Assembly: GCF_018350175.1 (NCBI RefSeq)
Contig: NC_058373.1
Coordinates: 114,268,001 to 114,332,000, forward strand
DNA: 64,000 nucleotides
Direction: 5' to 3'
From: Felis catus
Lineage: Eukaryota
In this document: one piece after another, positions 23,538-37,180 of the stretch
How the letters are laid out: each line of letters opens with the position of its first letter
Numbering within the stretch: the stretch's first letter is position 1
The notes under the pieces: generated by a model
The model's input: the letters and a program-made list of their open reading frames with translations, nothing else
What the model was told of the DNA's origin: nothing
The model's database searches: none
Made by a program: the position numbers and the translations under genes

Positions 23538-25608
23538 CCCAGTTTGAACCAATATTCCCACCTGCTCATCCTCATATTAGTGAGGGTTCAGTTTTAGAAT
23601 CTCAAGCCAATGAATGCCAAGATGGGCACTACAAAGGACATCCCCTTGACAAAACTCTATCAGTCCCCAGCGTAGAAGAAAATCCATGATAATCATTTAA
23701 TTCAGTCTGGATGAAATGCTTTATTAATTTTGTTGATGTTAAAATATGTGAATCAACTTATTTATTAAATCTCATTTTGCTGACTGTTCACTATTTGCAG
23801 AATTCCCCTCCCAGCACCATCCCAGAAAAAGCACTTAAGCCCTGTCCCATGGGCCCCCGGCGGCTGAGGACGTAGCCCCCGTGTCCTCGCTGAAGGCAGA
23901 CCAGCCACGTGAGTCAGGCACCTGCAGCAGGAGGGAGCATTCACCCTGTGAGTGCTGCCTGTGGGAGGCCCTCGTCGTAAGCAAGCATGAAGGCCTCTCA
24001 CCTGGTTCGTCTTCCAGTAAACCTGTGGCCCCAAGAAGGACAAGTTTTTACAAATCCCTATGCTGTCAACCAGCCTTCTGATGGTCTGGAAGACATCTAC
24101 TTACACTAATAATGCAGATACTTAATTTTATTCACTCCAGTTACCTACTATAGGCTTCATCTCGGCATCCAGCCTGGGGCTGGGCTCCAGGATGCCTCCC
24201 CAAGGCAGCCACATTCCTGTGGGCATCTATGCCAAGAGGAAATGGATGGGCAGTCGGCAGGCCCTATCGGTCCACAGGACAGCTCTGCCGGCAGCCTCGT
24301 GAGAGGTTTCTCAGAGGGTGTTCGTTAGGCTTCCTTATGGCTGATGATGCTGGGTCAAAGCCTCTGATGACGCCTGCTCACCCCAAATCCTCCATTTCCC
24401 AGCCTCCCTTGCATGTGACGGGATTCTGGCCAAAGGGATGTAGACAAAAGCGATGTCAGGCATTTACAGGGCTGGACCTTACAAGTGTCTCAGGAACCAT
24501 CCAGTCCTGTCTCCCCCGACTACAGCGATCTTGACGTCACAGTCTCAGATGGCATGACCACTGAGATGTGGGGTTCTGTGCCATGGCAGCCCAGCTTTTC
24601 CCTTCTGACACCCGTAGGGCACAAAAGGAAGCGTTCTTCTGACTCACGGCCCTCCTCAGCCCAAAGAGCCAGCTCCCAGAGCAGATCGGGGCTGCTCCTC
24701 CCCAGGCTTGCTGAGGATCAATGACACCACTCCCCACCTCCATGAAACAACCTGTTTGTTGCGCTGATGGTGACCGTCAGGAGTGGGATCCTCATACCTT
24801 AAGCTGCCCAGGATCCACTCTGTGCCCACATTCCCAAGGAAGGGCCAAAACTCGTTAAATAATTGAACCAAGGTGGGTTTTCCTGAAAAGGCGTCCGTAG
24901 CTTTGAGCTCGTTTAGAAGGAACGAGAGGATTTCAGGCCCTAAACAGTGTGGAATACCTTCCATTGTAGTTGAAAATATCCTTGCTGGGGTCCAAAAACA
25001 GAGTCTTATCTGTTGAGAATGCAAGCAACTTAAGGCTCCTTCATTACAGAAAGCCTACCAGGCCTTGCCACGCGGCGTGACCCATGAATGTGGGTGGGAC
25101 CGTTTGGTATTTTCATGCTGTTGGAAACAGTGGCCTTGTTGATCTCAGAGAGTCCCAGATTAAGCTGATTTCGCTATTTTTAATCTCTCCGGAAATAAGC
25201 AAAGAAGAGAGGCCTAATTGCAAACAGACTGAACTTTACATAGGAAATATGTAGGTCCCCTGAGGCACCTAGAAAGTGTCTGAAACCCTAACAGCCTGCC
25301 CACCTCCCCCACCCCCCACTCCCCTCTCTAGAGCACGTAAGCCTGCACCCAGGGAGGCCTGGGGCGGAGGGAGGGATTGGAGTCAGGAGTTCAGCCTTGG
25401 CTTTGGACTGGCCAAACCAGCCCATCCAGCCCCTTGGGCCCAGCGGCAGGGGCTTTGCATGAGAAACAGGAAGACTATTTGTCCACAGCTTGAACCGTGG
25501 CTTTGGGAAGGTTCTTTGTTCTCTCACCCCACTATTTTGGGTTTTCTGGTCCTTCTCTATTCTGTGCTTGGAATGGGGAAGGTTTCGAACACTACCATCA
25601 AGCCTGCA

Positions 25609-25610
<2 letters not shown>

Positions 25611-25641
<31 letters not shown>
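25611..25641. repeat. (CA)n microsatellite
   Basis: Directly visible. Confidence 0.95.
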
Positions 25642-25644
<3 letters not shown>

Positions 25645-27389
25645 CACCCCCACTGCAATCCCATTTGCCACTCAGCCCTGGGATTTGTACCAAGTGTGGC
25701 CCAGTAAGAGCTTTATAGCGGTTCACATAGCCCCCAGCCTTGCCTACAAGCTCCAGTGTTAAAGTCTCAGCCAGAACCCTGGGCCTTGCTGGCAGCTGCA
25801 CCGCTGGGTCGCTGTGGGAGAGAAGACAAGGCCCTGTAGCCTGCTGTGCCTCAGTTTCCCTGCCTGTCAGTTTGGACAACCATGACCGCCGCTAATTCTG
25901 AATTGTCTGCCTGCTGGTGGGACCAGGCACTGGAGGGGGCTCAGATTTATGGCACGGAAGCCCCAGAATGAGTCAAAGAAGAGAAAGACCAAAATAGATC
26001 AGGAGCCACGGGCCCAGAAAGCCAGCCAGAGAAGATTAGACACGCTGCCTAGAGAACCAACCGATGACTTTATTGAGGGCTCTTGCTCATAAACAGCCAG
26101 TGTGTTATTTTAACTTCCACGGACCAGGCCGACCCTTGCCTGTGATGGGAAGCTTGGGCTTGGAGCCGTCTGTGGGCCCTGCTGTTGCCGAGGCCGCTCC
26201 GGGAGCTGGGGCTCTTCCAAAGGAAATCAGCATGGGGCTCTGGGCCTTGGCGGAATGGATGGACAGATGGACAGTCTTTGAGTGAGAAAGTCGTGATTAT
26301 GAGGCAGGGAGGAGTGGCAAGTGTCCCCCAGCCCCAGCTGCAGCTCTGCTGGTGGCAGAAAGTCTTTGTTTTGGGGGCATTTCTTCTGAGAAGCCCTTCT
26401 TCCTTCCTTTTGCTTCTTGGTCTCACGAATCCATATAGAAGGCAGTAGGCCAAGAGCACAGACATGGAAAGGGTCCAAGAACCACTACCGTAGCTCTCAT
26501 CCCCGGGAGTGCCCCATCCTCAGCAATCCCCATCAATGGCTTTCCCTCTCACATCCTGACCCCTCACATCTTCTGCCTCATTACACGGTCCACTTTGCCT
26601 TCCTGGCCATTTGCTCCTTTTAATCTTCCCTTTTACGTGCAGAGCAGCACTGGCAGGCCCATTCCACCGTCATCTCCCACTGGAATGCTTCAGGCAACGG
26701 TGACACTTGAGTCGTGTTCTCCAGCAATGTTGTTCACAAGGCCAGCATTTGTCTGTTTGTAGACAGGGGCTCACAAATATCTCATTCCAGCACCAAAGAC
26801 CCTTTCCTCCCTCTATCAGCTCTCAACCACCGGTCCGTTTCCCACTCTTCTCTGCCGGAAATGCACCCAGCCAAGGCGAGCCAAAGCAAGCAGGTGTCTG
26901 TGGGCTCACAGACCCTCCGAGGATGAGGGTCTTTTCGGTGGCTACCAGATTGTACCCTGATGCCGGCCAGCTCCTGGCGTCTGCCACCGGCCCTCCCAAG
27001 ATGGTAGCCGGTGGACACACAGCCCAAACCCATGATCCAGGCTCTTCCCAGTCCAGCTCTGTTGGCAAAATGAAGCTCCCTGCTGAGGGAAAGCTGGCTG
27101 GACTGTCCATGAGGCACCCATGATAACTGGGCAAACCACCTGTCCCGGGTTGGTCAGTGCTCTGGGGAGCGTTACTAATGGGTCAGTATGAGGGACGAGA
27201 CAGGAGGAAGAGGTCTGGAGCAAATGTCAGATTTTGGGACAAGTCCTTGCTGGTAATGTGTCTTTATCTGGAAAAGAGCACACGGGAACTTATAGTGAAA
27301 AGGAAGCTTTGAAAGCCTTCCGTGATGTGGCCCTACGCTACCGCTGTTCCAGTCTGCTCTGCCATGCCTTCCCCCATGAACTCCACCTT

Positions 27390-27800
27390 GGCCAAACCTA
27401 CAGACTCGCCCTGTATCCTGCTCCATCTCTGCTCTTTGTCCTTGCTCCTTCCATTCCCTCTGCTTACAGTATCTATCTAGATGCTACCCATCGGCTGAGA
27501 TCCAGCTCCAGTCCTACCCTCTCCCCTTCCCCCACTCTTGACCAAACCTCTGGGAAACCTGGAGTCTCCATGCCTTCTCCTTCTCCACTCATGGCTCTTT
27601 TTGTCTACTCCACACACAAATAGAACTTACCTTCTTATTGAAAACTATCACACACGTTCTCTGTTTCAGATGTATTGGCCTTTGTCTCCCCGAGCCTGAG
27701 TGTCCCCCAACCTTATCTCAGAATGTGTGCTCCAAGGATGCCTCCCCAGCGCTCTGAACACTGTAGACCCTAAGGCAATACTTACGGATTTGATTGGTTA
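27390..27800 (+). mobile_element. L2 3' fragment (decayed)
   Basis: CTTTGTCCTTGCTCCTTCCATTCCCTCTGC..., TCCCCAGCGCTCTGAACACTGTAGACCCTAAGGCAATACTT. Confidence 0.5.
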
Positions 27801-29239
27801 TCCGAAAAGATAGTTAAGTGATCACAAAAATGCATAACCTGGAAGAACTATAGGAATGTTCGGTGAGCGGTGACTGTGAGCCCAGGTGGTCTCTTCTTGG
27901 GGGCAGTGGCGGAACGAGTTTTCCTTCCCAGGCAGTCCCTGATAGTCCTAGAATCCCACAAAGGCCCATGGAAGGTGGCGGTTGGGTGAACAGTGTCCTG
28001 TAATCGAACAAAACCATAAATGCAAAGCCAGAAAGCTAAACAATGTTAGCTTTACAACCCCAGGTGATGAGAATGGTATTTACAGACTCAGTGACATGTT
28101 TGAAGCAGTGAATTTCAGAGGCTAATATTTTAAGCTGGACATCCTGAGACCGTGATGTTCTGTTTTTATTCTCCTCCCCATCCTTCCCTCCTGGAGCCCC
28201 TGGAACTTTCCATGCAATTTGGACAAGAGCATGAAACCTCTATTGTTTCTCAATCCTTATTAGTGCTAGGGAAGGATTTAAAAACTGCTTTGTGGAAGGT
28301 TGATTGGTGAAGAGTGGAAAACATTCTGAGGCCTCAAAAGTACATTTGCCATTACATCAAACTTCCATCGGAGAATTTCAAAATTCTAGGCAGAGAGGAA
28401 GTTCCCTCAGAGAATTCCAAGGGCAACGGGACTAGGAGGAGATACAGTAAGTCCTTGTTTGCGGATGGACCCATCTGGGCCCAGAGGTTCCAGACAGTCT
28501 AGATCCGCCTCTTTAAGACCTTTCTTTCTCTGGAGCCCATTTATATACTGAGTAAAAGTTCCTGGGGCACATCCATAAACAGAGGGTGGGAACCCGAAAC
28601 TTTGCTATTTATACACTCCAGAATGCAACTGGAGAAATCAGTGTTTTCTCTCAGAACAATCTAGAAAGCAAAGGACAAATTGCAAACAGCGACGCACGCA
28701 TCAGGAAAGTCTGGGAGATCAGAAGGGATAGAAAACCACCAAGAGACCATCATGTTGATCTCCCCAGGGGCCTGCACAGTTGGGATGCAGCCTCAACAAC
28801 CCCCTTCAGACCGTCTTTCACCTTTCTCTCGCTTTGGCCGATGAACAGTGTTTCTGATCAATCCTCTGTACATCCCCTCCAGACAGGCGACACGGACAAG
28901 ATAGAGTTCCTCATGCATGGAAACAAAGCCCAGAACGTGCTCTACCATGTGGGGTTTTTGCCGTTTGTAAACAAACCTAGATGCTAGTCTGCAGGCCACC
29001 AGACCATGCTGACCGGTTCTCTGAACAAGCCCGATCTGGCCAGACTGAAACATCAAATCCTGTAGTGACTTCAGGGTCTGAGCCCATCTTATAGAAGCTG
29101 TTGAACAGGAAAGAAGTGGTGCCTGTTTTCATGCTAAGAAAAGCAGATAACCTTACCAGGAGAACAAGCATAAATGATGATCTGAAAATAGCTTGACAAG
29201 TTTTGTTTTCACCGAAGTGAACCGCCTACACTCAACGGC

Positions 29240-29745
29240 TTTTTTTTTTTTCCTTCAAATTACAAAAGTAATAAATGCTCAGTGCAAAAAAACGTGGGAA
29301 ATACAGAAAAACACAACTGGGAAGCGGTTGATAGTTTTTGTTGTAATCCCTTCCAGTATTTCTCTATCAATAGTCACCTATATACCAATGCATAGTATAT
29401 ATTATATTGTATATTATATGTATTATGTTATCTATTGTATAATATTTAATTATATAAATGAAGAGGCATATAGAATTTTTTACATATAAAATGTTCATTC
29501 GCATATATTCCTACATATTTATTTATGAAATATACATTTATATGTTTCATATAAAATTTCACGTAAGGGGCGCCTGGGTGGCTCAGTCAGTTAAGTGTTC
29601 AACTTCAGCCTCAGGTCATGATCTGAGTTTGTGGGTTCGAGCCCCACATCGGCCTCTGTGCTGACAGCTTGGAGCCTGGAGCCTGGAGCCTGCTTCTGAT
29701 TCTGCGTCTCCCTCTCTCTCTGACCCTTCCCTGCTCGTGCACGTG

Positions 29746-29776
<31 letters not shown>

Positions 29777-30110
29777 ATAAACATTACTAAAAAAAAAATC
29801 TTAAAAAACATTTCACATAAAATCTCAGAAGTCATCCATTTTGTCCTTTTGTTTTTACTTTAAGGTAACATATTAATTGCAGAAAATAGGTTTGAGCCAA
29901 AAAACAGAGGTGAAAATCAGATCTATATCCACCATTCAGGAAAGATCACTTTCACTTAGTGTGTGCCCTTCCTATTTACTTTAAATATGTTTGCGTAAGT
30001 ATCAAATGTGTCAAATTATACAGAAATAGCATCATGATACATGTTTTATTTCCTCAGTATGCGGGGATAAAACCAATGAACATCCTAAACCATTGTATTT
30101 TCCTTTCCTT
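29240..30110 (-). mobile_element. L1ME-type 3' fragments with AT-rich low complexity, interrupted by a CanSINE
   Basis: AATTACAAAAGTAATAAATGCTCAGTGCAAAAAAA...GGAAATACAGAAAA; AAAATCAGATCTATATCCCACCATTCAGGAAAGATCACT. Confidence 0.5.
29567..29806 (+). mobile_element. CanSINE
   Basis: GGGGCGCCTGGGTGGCTCAG head; (GGAGCCT)x3 internal expansion; degenerate 14-bp TSD 29553-29566 / 29807-29820. Confidence 0.96.
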
Positions 30111-31224
30111 TGTGAGTCATGTCTTGTTACGGCTTCCTCTTGCAGAGAGGACACCATCTGGGACGAGGGCCACTGCTCAGCCTGGAAGGTCCACACTGAC
30201 TTTCATGAGCTGCTAGAGGCTTTGTGGAAAAAGGATTCCTAAATTTTAAAATCTTCCTTTTACATAACAAGAGCAAAGCCAGGAAACCTACTAACGGAAC
30301 TTTACTGTAAGTCATAATGCCGAAAAGACAGCAGGTAGCCTGAGGAAGTTTCCTCCAGATAGGAGGGGACAGTAGAAAGCTCTTCCAGGCCAGGAGGACA
30401 AGCAGAGGGGAGAGAGAAGAGAGGCAGCAGGTAGACAAGGCAAGCCTTTCCTGCCCCCTTCCTTAAGACCGTATCTTCAGGATTGGGGTGTTATTAACAT
30501 CTAGAGGGAGCTTGAGGGGGGTCTAAAAACATCTGGGGAGATATAGTTTGAGGAGATTTCAAGTCTTTGGGGTTTATCTGGTTCAGACCTAACACGGTAC
30601 CATGGGATAGGTGAGAAATGACGGAGGGAAGTGGCCCAGAGTCTAGGCCAATGGGCATGAGACAGCACTCCTATTCTCCGAGCTTGCTTGGGTGTCTAGG
30701 GGATTCCTGATTCCCTCATGGGCCAGCTTGCGACAGAAGTACTCAGAAAAGGCCTCGGGTTGGGATGCACAGACCACAGTCGCTGGTTAGCACGCTAACT
30801 CTCACATGTGGTTCAATTGAAGAGTCATTTACTGATTTCCCACCCCGGGAGAGAAACACAAAGATAAGGCTTCACTCCCCTAAAACAGAGGTGCAGGTGG
30901 ACCCCAGATATGAGAACAAGTCCACAGACAGTCTGCTACTGCATCGGGCTATCAGGCCCCCGGGAGGCCGGCCTAGGCTTTGTTCCATCTATCCCATTTT
31001 CTAGGCCATTCTCATCTCCCCGGCCCTCCCTGAGCGCAGCCACATTCTCTTCTCAACCCCCTATCCCATCCTACTTTATGCAACCTTCTTTCCACCCACT
31101 GCTTCCGTAGGTCTTGAGGTGTTCATGGTAGTAGCAAGCCTAGGGTAAACAGGGCCGGGCCCTAAGGCTATGGTGAGCAAGTCAGGAAAATGGGACCAGA
31201 GCAATAACTGGGGGTGGAAAATGG

Positions 31225-31520
31225 ATAATAGTAACTGTTATTATTATGTATCACTTATTTAGTCTTACTGTGTGCCAGGCACAGGTTTAAGCACTTTACA
31301 CTTACGAATGAACTCACACATTTGTGTTAACTCGTAACTTAAGGGTATGAGCTCATGCTACGTATGTAACAACCTATGAGGTAAATGCCGCCACGATTCT
31401 TTCTTTTAGAGATGAGAAAACAGAGGCACCGAGAGGTTAAAGCGACTTGCCCAGCTCACACAGCTAGTAAGTAGAAGCTAGAACCCCATCTTGGCAGGCT
31501 GGCTCCAGACCCTCGCAGTA
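31225..31520 (-). mobile_element. MIR (near full length)
   Basis: TTACTGTGTGCCAGGCAC...TTTTAGAGATGAGAAAACAGAGGCACCGAGAGGTTAAAGCGACTTGCCCAGCTCACACAGCTAGTAAGT. Confidence 0.9.
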
Positions 31521-33209
31521 GGTGACAGTTGGGGACCCCAAAGGCCCTGAACCAGAACAAGGGAAGTGGCCGCCTTTGGTGCGGGAATTCAGGCTGGCCC
31601 ATGGCGGTCCCAGAGCATCTACAACTTCCACAATAGCTTTTGGAAGATTTCCCAGTAGGCAGGAGGTTTAGAGTGTCAGTGGCTCCTACTCTGTAGCTCT
31701 GGAAACTAAGACCCGGGAGATTAAGGAAATGTGGCGTGCCCACAGTTGCAAAGGTAACTGCAGGAGAGTGGAATGTGCACCTGCGTTGCATACTGTCAGG
31801 GGAGAGCCAGCGTCCAGAAAAGTGTACGTGTCGACACCTGCACAGGCGCTTCCAGGGCGAGGCAGGCGTGGGGAGGCGGGGTGGCGGTGCTTGCTGAGGA
31901 ATGCAGAGAGGGCAGGCATCCTTTGGCTCACTCCGATGGCTTTCAAGCAAAGAGTCCAGACTGCTTCGCAGGCGTCTGTTCACGCACCTAGTTCTGAGCT
32001 GCATCGACTGATCGATAAGCCTCAGCGCCCAGGATCCAGGGACTTTGTCTCCACTTGCGGGCAGGCCAGCCGGAGGTCAGAACCAACCAGGGCAGCTCCC
32101 CCTCTTCTCGTGGGGCCAAACTAGTCGGGTGGGCTTGCTGAAGTGAGTGGTCTGAGGAGCGCCCGGAATCAAAGGCCCCAGGGGTTAATAGACAGGCCTG
32201 TGAGACTGACTACATACTTTCAGTGCTTATCATTCACCGTGACAGTGAGTACCAGGTGGGGGAGCCAGGCATGGTCCTCCAGGTGTCACAGAAGATGAAG
32301 CTGAGGCACAAGGTCGAAGCTAGAAGATGACATTTCAGCAACCTCAAACTAAATCTCCCGCCCCTATTCTAGTTCCACCTTCCCATATATCATACAGTCT
32401 TGAGCACCCACCGCATTTAAAATACCAAGCAGAAGAGGGACTCTTGGGCTAAAACGGGCTGGTCCCAGGGAACTCAGTCAGGGGCAGACCTAGTGATTGG
32501 TGTATTAGGCCCTGCACAGGCTTGTAGCTTCCTTGTGCACTCCCCAATTGCCCTGTTCCCCCTGCCCAGTCCTCTTCACGTGGGCTGACCTTTTCACACG
32601 TCACTGCCTGTCCTTGATGTCTCTTCTCCCGCCCTTTCACCACGCCCGCTGCCCTCAATGCCCCCTGAATACCCACCCCTCAGAAGGAAACCGTGACTGT
32701 CTTGTGCAAGGAAAACGAGGCCTCCCCTCCCCACTTGCCCCATTTCTCCTCCCTTGTGCTCTAAACCCTGCTGTCTTCAACTCTGTGCATTGCATGAATC
32801 TCTGTGTCCTTTAACCATGGGTATGGCTTCAGCCGTGGTATCCGCCCGTATGCACGCGGATACACGCAGCCTCTCCTACGGGCTGAGGTGCCTTTGTGCT
32901 TCTTTTGCCCAAGGAGATCAGTCTGTGTTAGCCACCATACGTACGCAAAGTCACTGGAGTCATGCCAGCAGCCTCTGGGTCCAGCGAGGCTGTGATGGTG
33001 ACAGCTCCATGTCTCAGCCAGATCCTCCTGGGCCAGTGTCATTGTTCCAAAGCCCCTTTGCAGTGCCCCATGCCAGGCTGGTCAGGCTTTGGCTGTGTCT
33101 GCAGAAGCCGAGGCTGTGAGCATGCTTGGCTTGTCCTAGCTCCCCGGGCCGTGCTCCTCTGCCCCGTCTTCCACCTCCTTTGTGAGGTGAGAGACACTGG
33201 CTCCCTTTC

Positions 33210-33415
33210 TCCATGCCTGGCTCTGTGCTAAGGGCACACCATGTTTTATCCCATTAATCCATGCCATAACCTCATGGATATTTTTATCCACATTCTACAG
33301 ATAAGAAAAATGAGACTCAGAGAGGGAGAAGATAACTTGCTCAAGATTACATAACTACAGTGGTAGGGGCTGGATTTTAACCCACACGTTCTTAACCACA
33401 GAGCTCTATTGCCTC
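33210..33415 (-). mobile_element. MIR
   Basis: ATTCTACAGATAAGAAAAATGAGACTCAGAGAG...TAACTTGCTCAAGATTACA. Confidence 0.85.
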
Positions 33416-34149
33416 GTTCAGTCCCTGTGGGTCAGTCAGCTGCCCGACCTCAGGGACCCCTGACTCTTCATGGAGTTCCCCTTAGATCTCTGAGACTACC
33501 CTCCACCACCACCATTCATGCTTGTGAGGCCTGAACCAAATCTGAGTCCACCGACCTCCATCAAAGAATGGACAATCATTTGAAACAGAGAAGTGAGGTG
33601 AGGCAGGCAGTGAGGTGATGACCCATTTTACTCTTTGAGTAACTATTTAAGTGAGAGCTTTCCACGTTCTCTGTCACTGTTCTAGGTCCCAAATGAAATC
33701 AACACAAAGCCTTGCCCTCGTGGAGCGTACAGCTTTATAAATCACATAGCATGGCATAGACAGGTGCTAAGAAGAAAAGTAAATCTGGGCAGAAGGAGCA
33801 GGTGTCCTTGGTGGGTGAGAAGGCTGCCTCTCTACTGGATGAGGAATGGCCTGAGGCCTGTGCTTCCTGTGGGGTCGGCCTTGTCCCAGGGCAAAGCATG
33901 GTGGTGAGGCTGTGAGTGTTTCAGGGGACAGAGGACTAAGAGGCCACACTTCCCCACTTCTGCCGGTGGTGATGTGGAAGCCTAGGTCAAGAAAGGGGCA
34001 GGCCATCTGGAGCTCTAGGTCCTGGTGCACAGAGACGCCTTGCTGAACATGACAGCGTGTATGGATTCTCTCCCATTACCAGTTAGTGAGGGAGCCTTTT
34101 ACCAAATCTGAATCCTGGGCTAGCTCTCTTCAGGCCTACCCCCCCTCCT

Positions 34150-34177
34150 CCCTGCCCCTGCCCCTGCCCCTGCCCCT
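34150..34177. repeat. (CCCCTG)n hexamer; G-quadruplex pattern on minus strand
   Basis: Four CCCC tracts at 6-bp period. Confidence 0.85.
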
Positions 34178-34334
34178 ACCTCCTCTAATTTGTTTTGCCT
34201 AAAACTATGCAGAATAATTCCATTTAAACCTAAAAATTATAATTAGAAAGACACATTAGCCAAAAGAATCATACTTCATTTCAAAATCAAATATAAATAA
34301 TTCTAAAACATTGTTGTAGGAGGGAGAAGGAAAT

Positions 34335-34560
34335 GAACATTTATCAACGGTGTCCTAAGTACCAGTTCCCCATACCTATTATCTCATTTAAACCAACCCT
34401 CACTGCAAATTTGTGACCTAGACATTGCTGTCCCTATTTTGTAAGTTAAAAAAAAAGAGATTTTAAAGGGCAAAGTAACTTTACCAAAGTTACATAAATA
34501 ACAAGGTTGGATTTTTAACCCAGATGTGTCTGACCCCAAAGAACTATTCCTGTTTCTCCA
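34335..34560 (-). mobile_element. MIR
   Basis: AACATTTATCAACG...TATTATCTCATTTAA...AAGTAACTTTACCAAAGTTACA...AACCCAGATGTGTCTGACCCCAAAG. Confidence 0.8.
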
Positions 34561-34589
34561 TCAAGCGCCAGCTTAGCCCTTGATATGGA

Positions 34590-34760
34590 GAGAGTAACCT
34601 TGGGTGAACTACTTAGCCACCAATTGCCTCAGTTTCCCATCTGTAAAATGGGTATGATGCTGAGAGCTAATTTACCCATCGACCTCCTGGTTCTGTTCCG
34701 GTGGTCACATGAGCTCGTGGACAAACAAGGCGGTGAGTACTTTAAAGCGCTGTGAATATA
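34590..34760 (+). mobile_element. MIR
   Basis: GTAACCTTGGG...GCCTCAGTTTCCCATCTGTAAAATGGGTATGAT. Confidence 0.8.
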
Positions 34761-35064
34761 CAGTATTGATCCTCACCTTGAATGTAGAAGTCACGATGGC
34801 TTTTCTACTGTCTAACCTCGTTGGGGTCCAGTGGTATATTTCAACCCAGCCTATCTTACTGTATTTTCCACACTCCTGCTCAGATGGGCTCATCTCGGAC
34901 TGCTGGTTCTACACTGGATCATCTGTGTTGGTCCCTTCACAGCACTAAGTCCTTCCTCTTCCCCAGCTGCCCCTCAGATATGCTCCTTACAGCTGAGTTG
35001 CAGGTATTCTATGGTGGTCTTCCCTCCGGGACCCCCAAGAGAGCAGCCCATATACACTCCTTTC

Positions 35065-35760
35065 CAGGAGGCGATGGTAAGCGTGTAACAGCCAGCTTTC
35101 CAAGAGTAGAGCTGACATGAATGTTGGTTGGTCATCTCATTGACAATAATAAGTAAGACAACAGTAAGACAACGAAGACGTATTTCAGAACTTCACTCTT
35201 TGGTCAACAACGGAGAAACTGTTGAAGTGGATGCTTACTTTTGGATACTGGAAGAACATTACCTCAGTTCCTTGTGTGACTCACAACATCACTGCTACAG
35301 ATATGACACGCTTCTATAGGTTACCTACCTTGTGAGTGTTTTCTGTATCACTTTCTTAAATCTAGACGATCAACGAAACAATAAAGCAAGCCCTGATTTG
35401 TAGAGTTTGCCAATTTCTGTGGCATAAATATTCTCACCGTGGCTGACTCCAAACGTCCCACTGTGAGGTGGCCGGACGTGGAGTTGGGGAGAGACGAATG
35501 GCGACATACCATTGTACGATATTCCCGCCGTATGGATGTAAGACACATGTAAATCAAAAGCACGGACAATAGTAAGTTGAAGCAAAAATAATTAGGATGT
35601 GATCTGTTTTTAATATTTATTACTTTTGTTTTGAATATGATGTATTCGATTGTAAGTTTATATAATTTAATTTTCATAACGGCTGTGTTTAACAACCGGC
35701 CCACAAAATTCCTGAAAATTTAACAACCAGCCAATGCCAGCCAGCTCCTGCACACCCCTG
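35065..35760. mobile_element. MER63-family (hAT-Blackjack) non-autonomous DNA transposon
   Basis: End TTTAACAACCGGCCCACAAAATTCCTGAAAATTTAACAACCAGC...CCAGCTCCTGCACACCCCTG; internal GCCCTGATTTGTAGAGTTTGCCAATTTCTGTGG; start CAGGAGGCGATGGTAAGCGTGTAACAGCCAGCT. Confidence 0.75.
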
Positions 35761-36229
35761 CCTCTTGCCATTAGCCCCCATGGGCATCTGCCATCTGATG
35801 GCCACACCTGGGCGTTAAATAGCGCCCGGCTAGGTCCAGGTCCGCCTGAACCAAGAGAACATGATTCAACGTTCAGCTTCTCCAAATAAGCAATGTCGAC
35901 GGCTTCGGTCCAGTGGAGTGACTTAATGATCTGTTTCCTTCAATAAACTGTGATTCCTGAATTTAATTCAGATACCTGAGTGTCGTTGTAAGCTGAGAGT
36001 GAGGCCCAAAGGCATCCATGATGTAATATACTAGGTTTATACTTGGCAAGAAAATGACTTTGTGAGAAATGGATTTTCTTAGGCCGATTTTAGGAAGCTT
36101 GGGGTGTTTTTTTAAGAGCTAAGCCAAGACAAAAAATAACCCTTGCAACACATCACGGCGCAGCTGGTCAGCCTGGGAGAAACTATTCTGGGATATCCAA
36201 GCTAAGGTGCCTCTTTAAGCTCCAGGCAA

Positions 36230-36400
36230 ACTGGAATCAGGATGTGGGGTTTCTATTCCTGTCTGTGTCAAAGACTTAACAATGTTATCCCTGGCCAGTT
36301 GGCTCCCTGACTGGTGCCTCAGTTTACCCTGTGGCAAAATCAAGTCAACTGCCTTTGCCAAGGACATTAGACTTGAGCTATGGGGCGTGAGAAAGATAGT
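36230..36400 (+). mobile_element. MIR fragment
   Basis: TGGAATCAGGATGTGGGGTTTCTATTCCTG...GTGCCTCAGTTTACCCTGTGGCAAAAT. Confidence 0.65.
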
Positions 36401-37019
36401 TGCTGGGGTTTGCTGGAGGGTTTGGGGTGTCCACTTGAGGTGTCTTTAGTCAGTGTAGACTCTAAGAAAAGCTAAGTTTTCAGTGACCTTTTCTAGGAAA
36501 TGACAAATGAGCAAGGTTGAACAGAGAGGAGCAGGAAGAGGATTGGAAGCAGGGTCAAGGAGGAGGGGGCCTCCAAGCAACGTCAGGGAAAATGTTGGGC
36601 CAAGGGCTAGAGTAAACCGCATCCAGCGTTCACATCTCTGGGGCAGTGTGTGGGCAAAGGATGAGCTAGCTACAGAAGAAAAGGCAGGCAAGATGAGGTT
36701 AGTGGTGCCTTTGTCTGGTTTTGATGAGAGTTTCCTGATGAGGAAAGGCCTGTGATCAAAGTTGGGATTCTGAGACCCATGTGGAAGATGACTAGGGACT
36801 TGGCAAACTTGGAGGCGATACCGGCCTCAGAAACATCCCGGAAGACTGTGTCCTGGGCCGCTATATAAAGAGCCTCTGTCCCCATGGTGGGCAGTTGTCA
36901 TGGAACAAGCCTCTCTCCTCTGTTTAAAGCTTGCGTGGTCCTTTGGATGAAGAAGCGTCACTGTGCATACTTCTTCACACTTCCCTCCCGTGTCATGGAC
37001 TTCTGCCATCTCACTTTTG

Positions 37020-37180
37020 TTGTCAGCCACCTATGGGGAGGGGACACTATCCCAATTTTCACATGAGAGCAACAGAGACCTACAGGTGTTAAATGACTTA
37101 TTCCAGATCCCAACTGAGGCTCAAACTCATCATTTGGCCACAAATCATACACCGCATCTACACCAATCTGTCTCCATCAA
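37020..37180 (-). mobile_element. MIR fragment
   Basis: TATCCCAATTTTCACATGAGAGCAACAGAGACC...GTTAAATGACTTATTCCAGATC. Confidence 0.55.

Noticed and set aside
26940..27015. Two overlapping 8-bp inverted repeats (GGCTACCA/TGGTAGCC, CCACCGGC/GCCGGTGG)
   Set aside because: Within chance expectation for GC-rich sequence in 64 kb.
34335..34760. Adjacent inverted MIR pair as a dsRNA source
   Set aside because: Copies are too diverged to form a long stable duplex.
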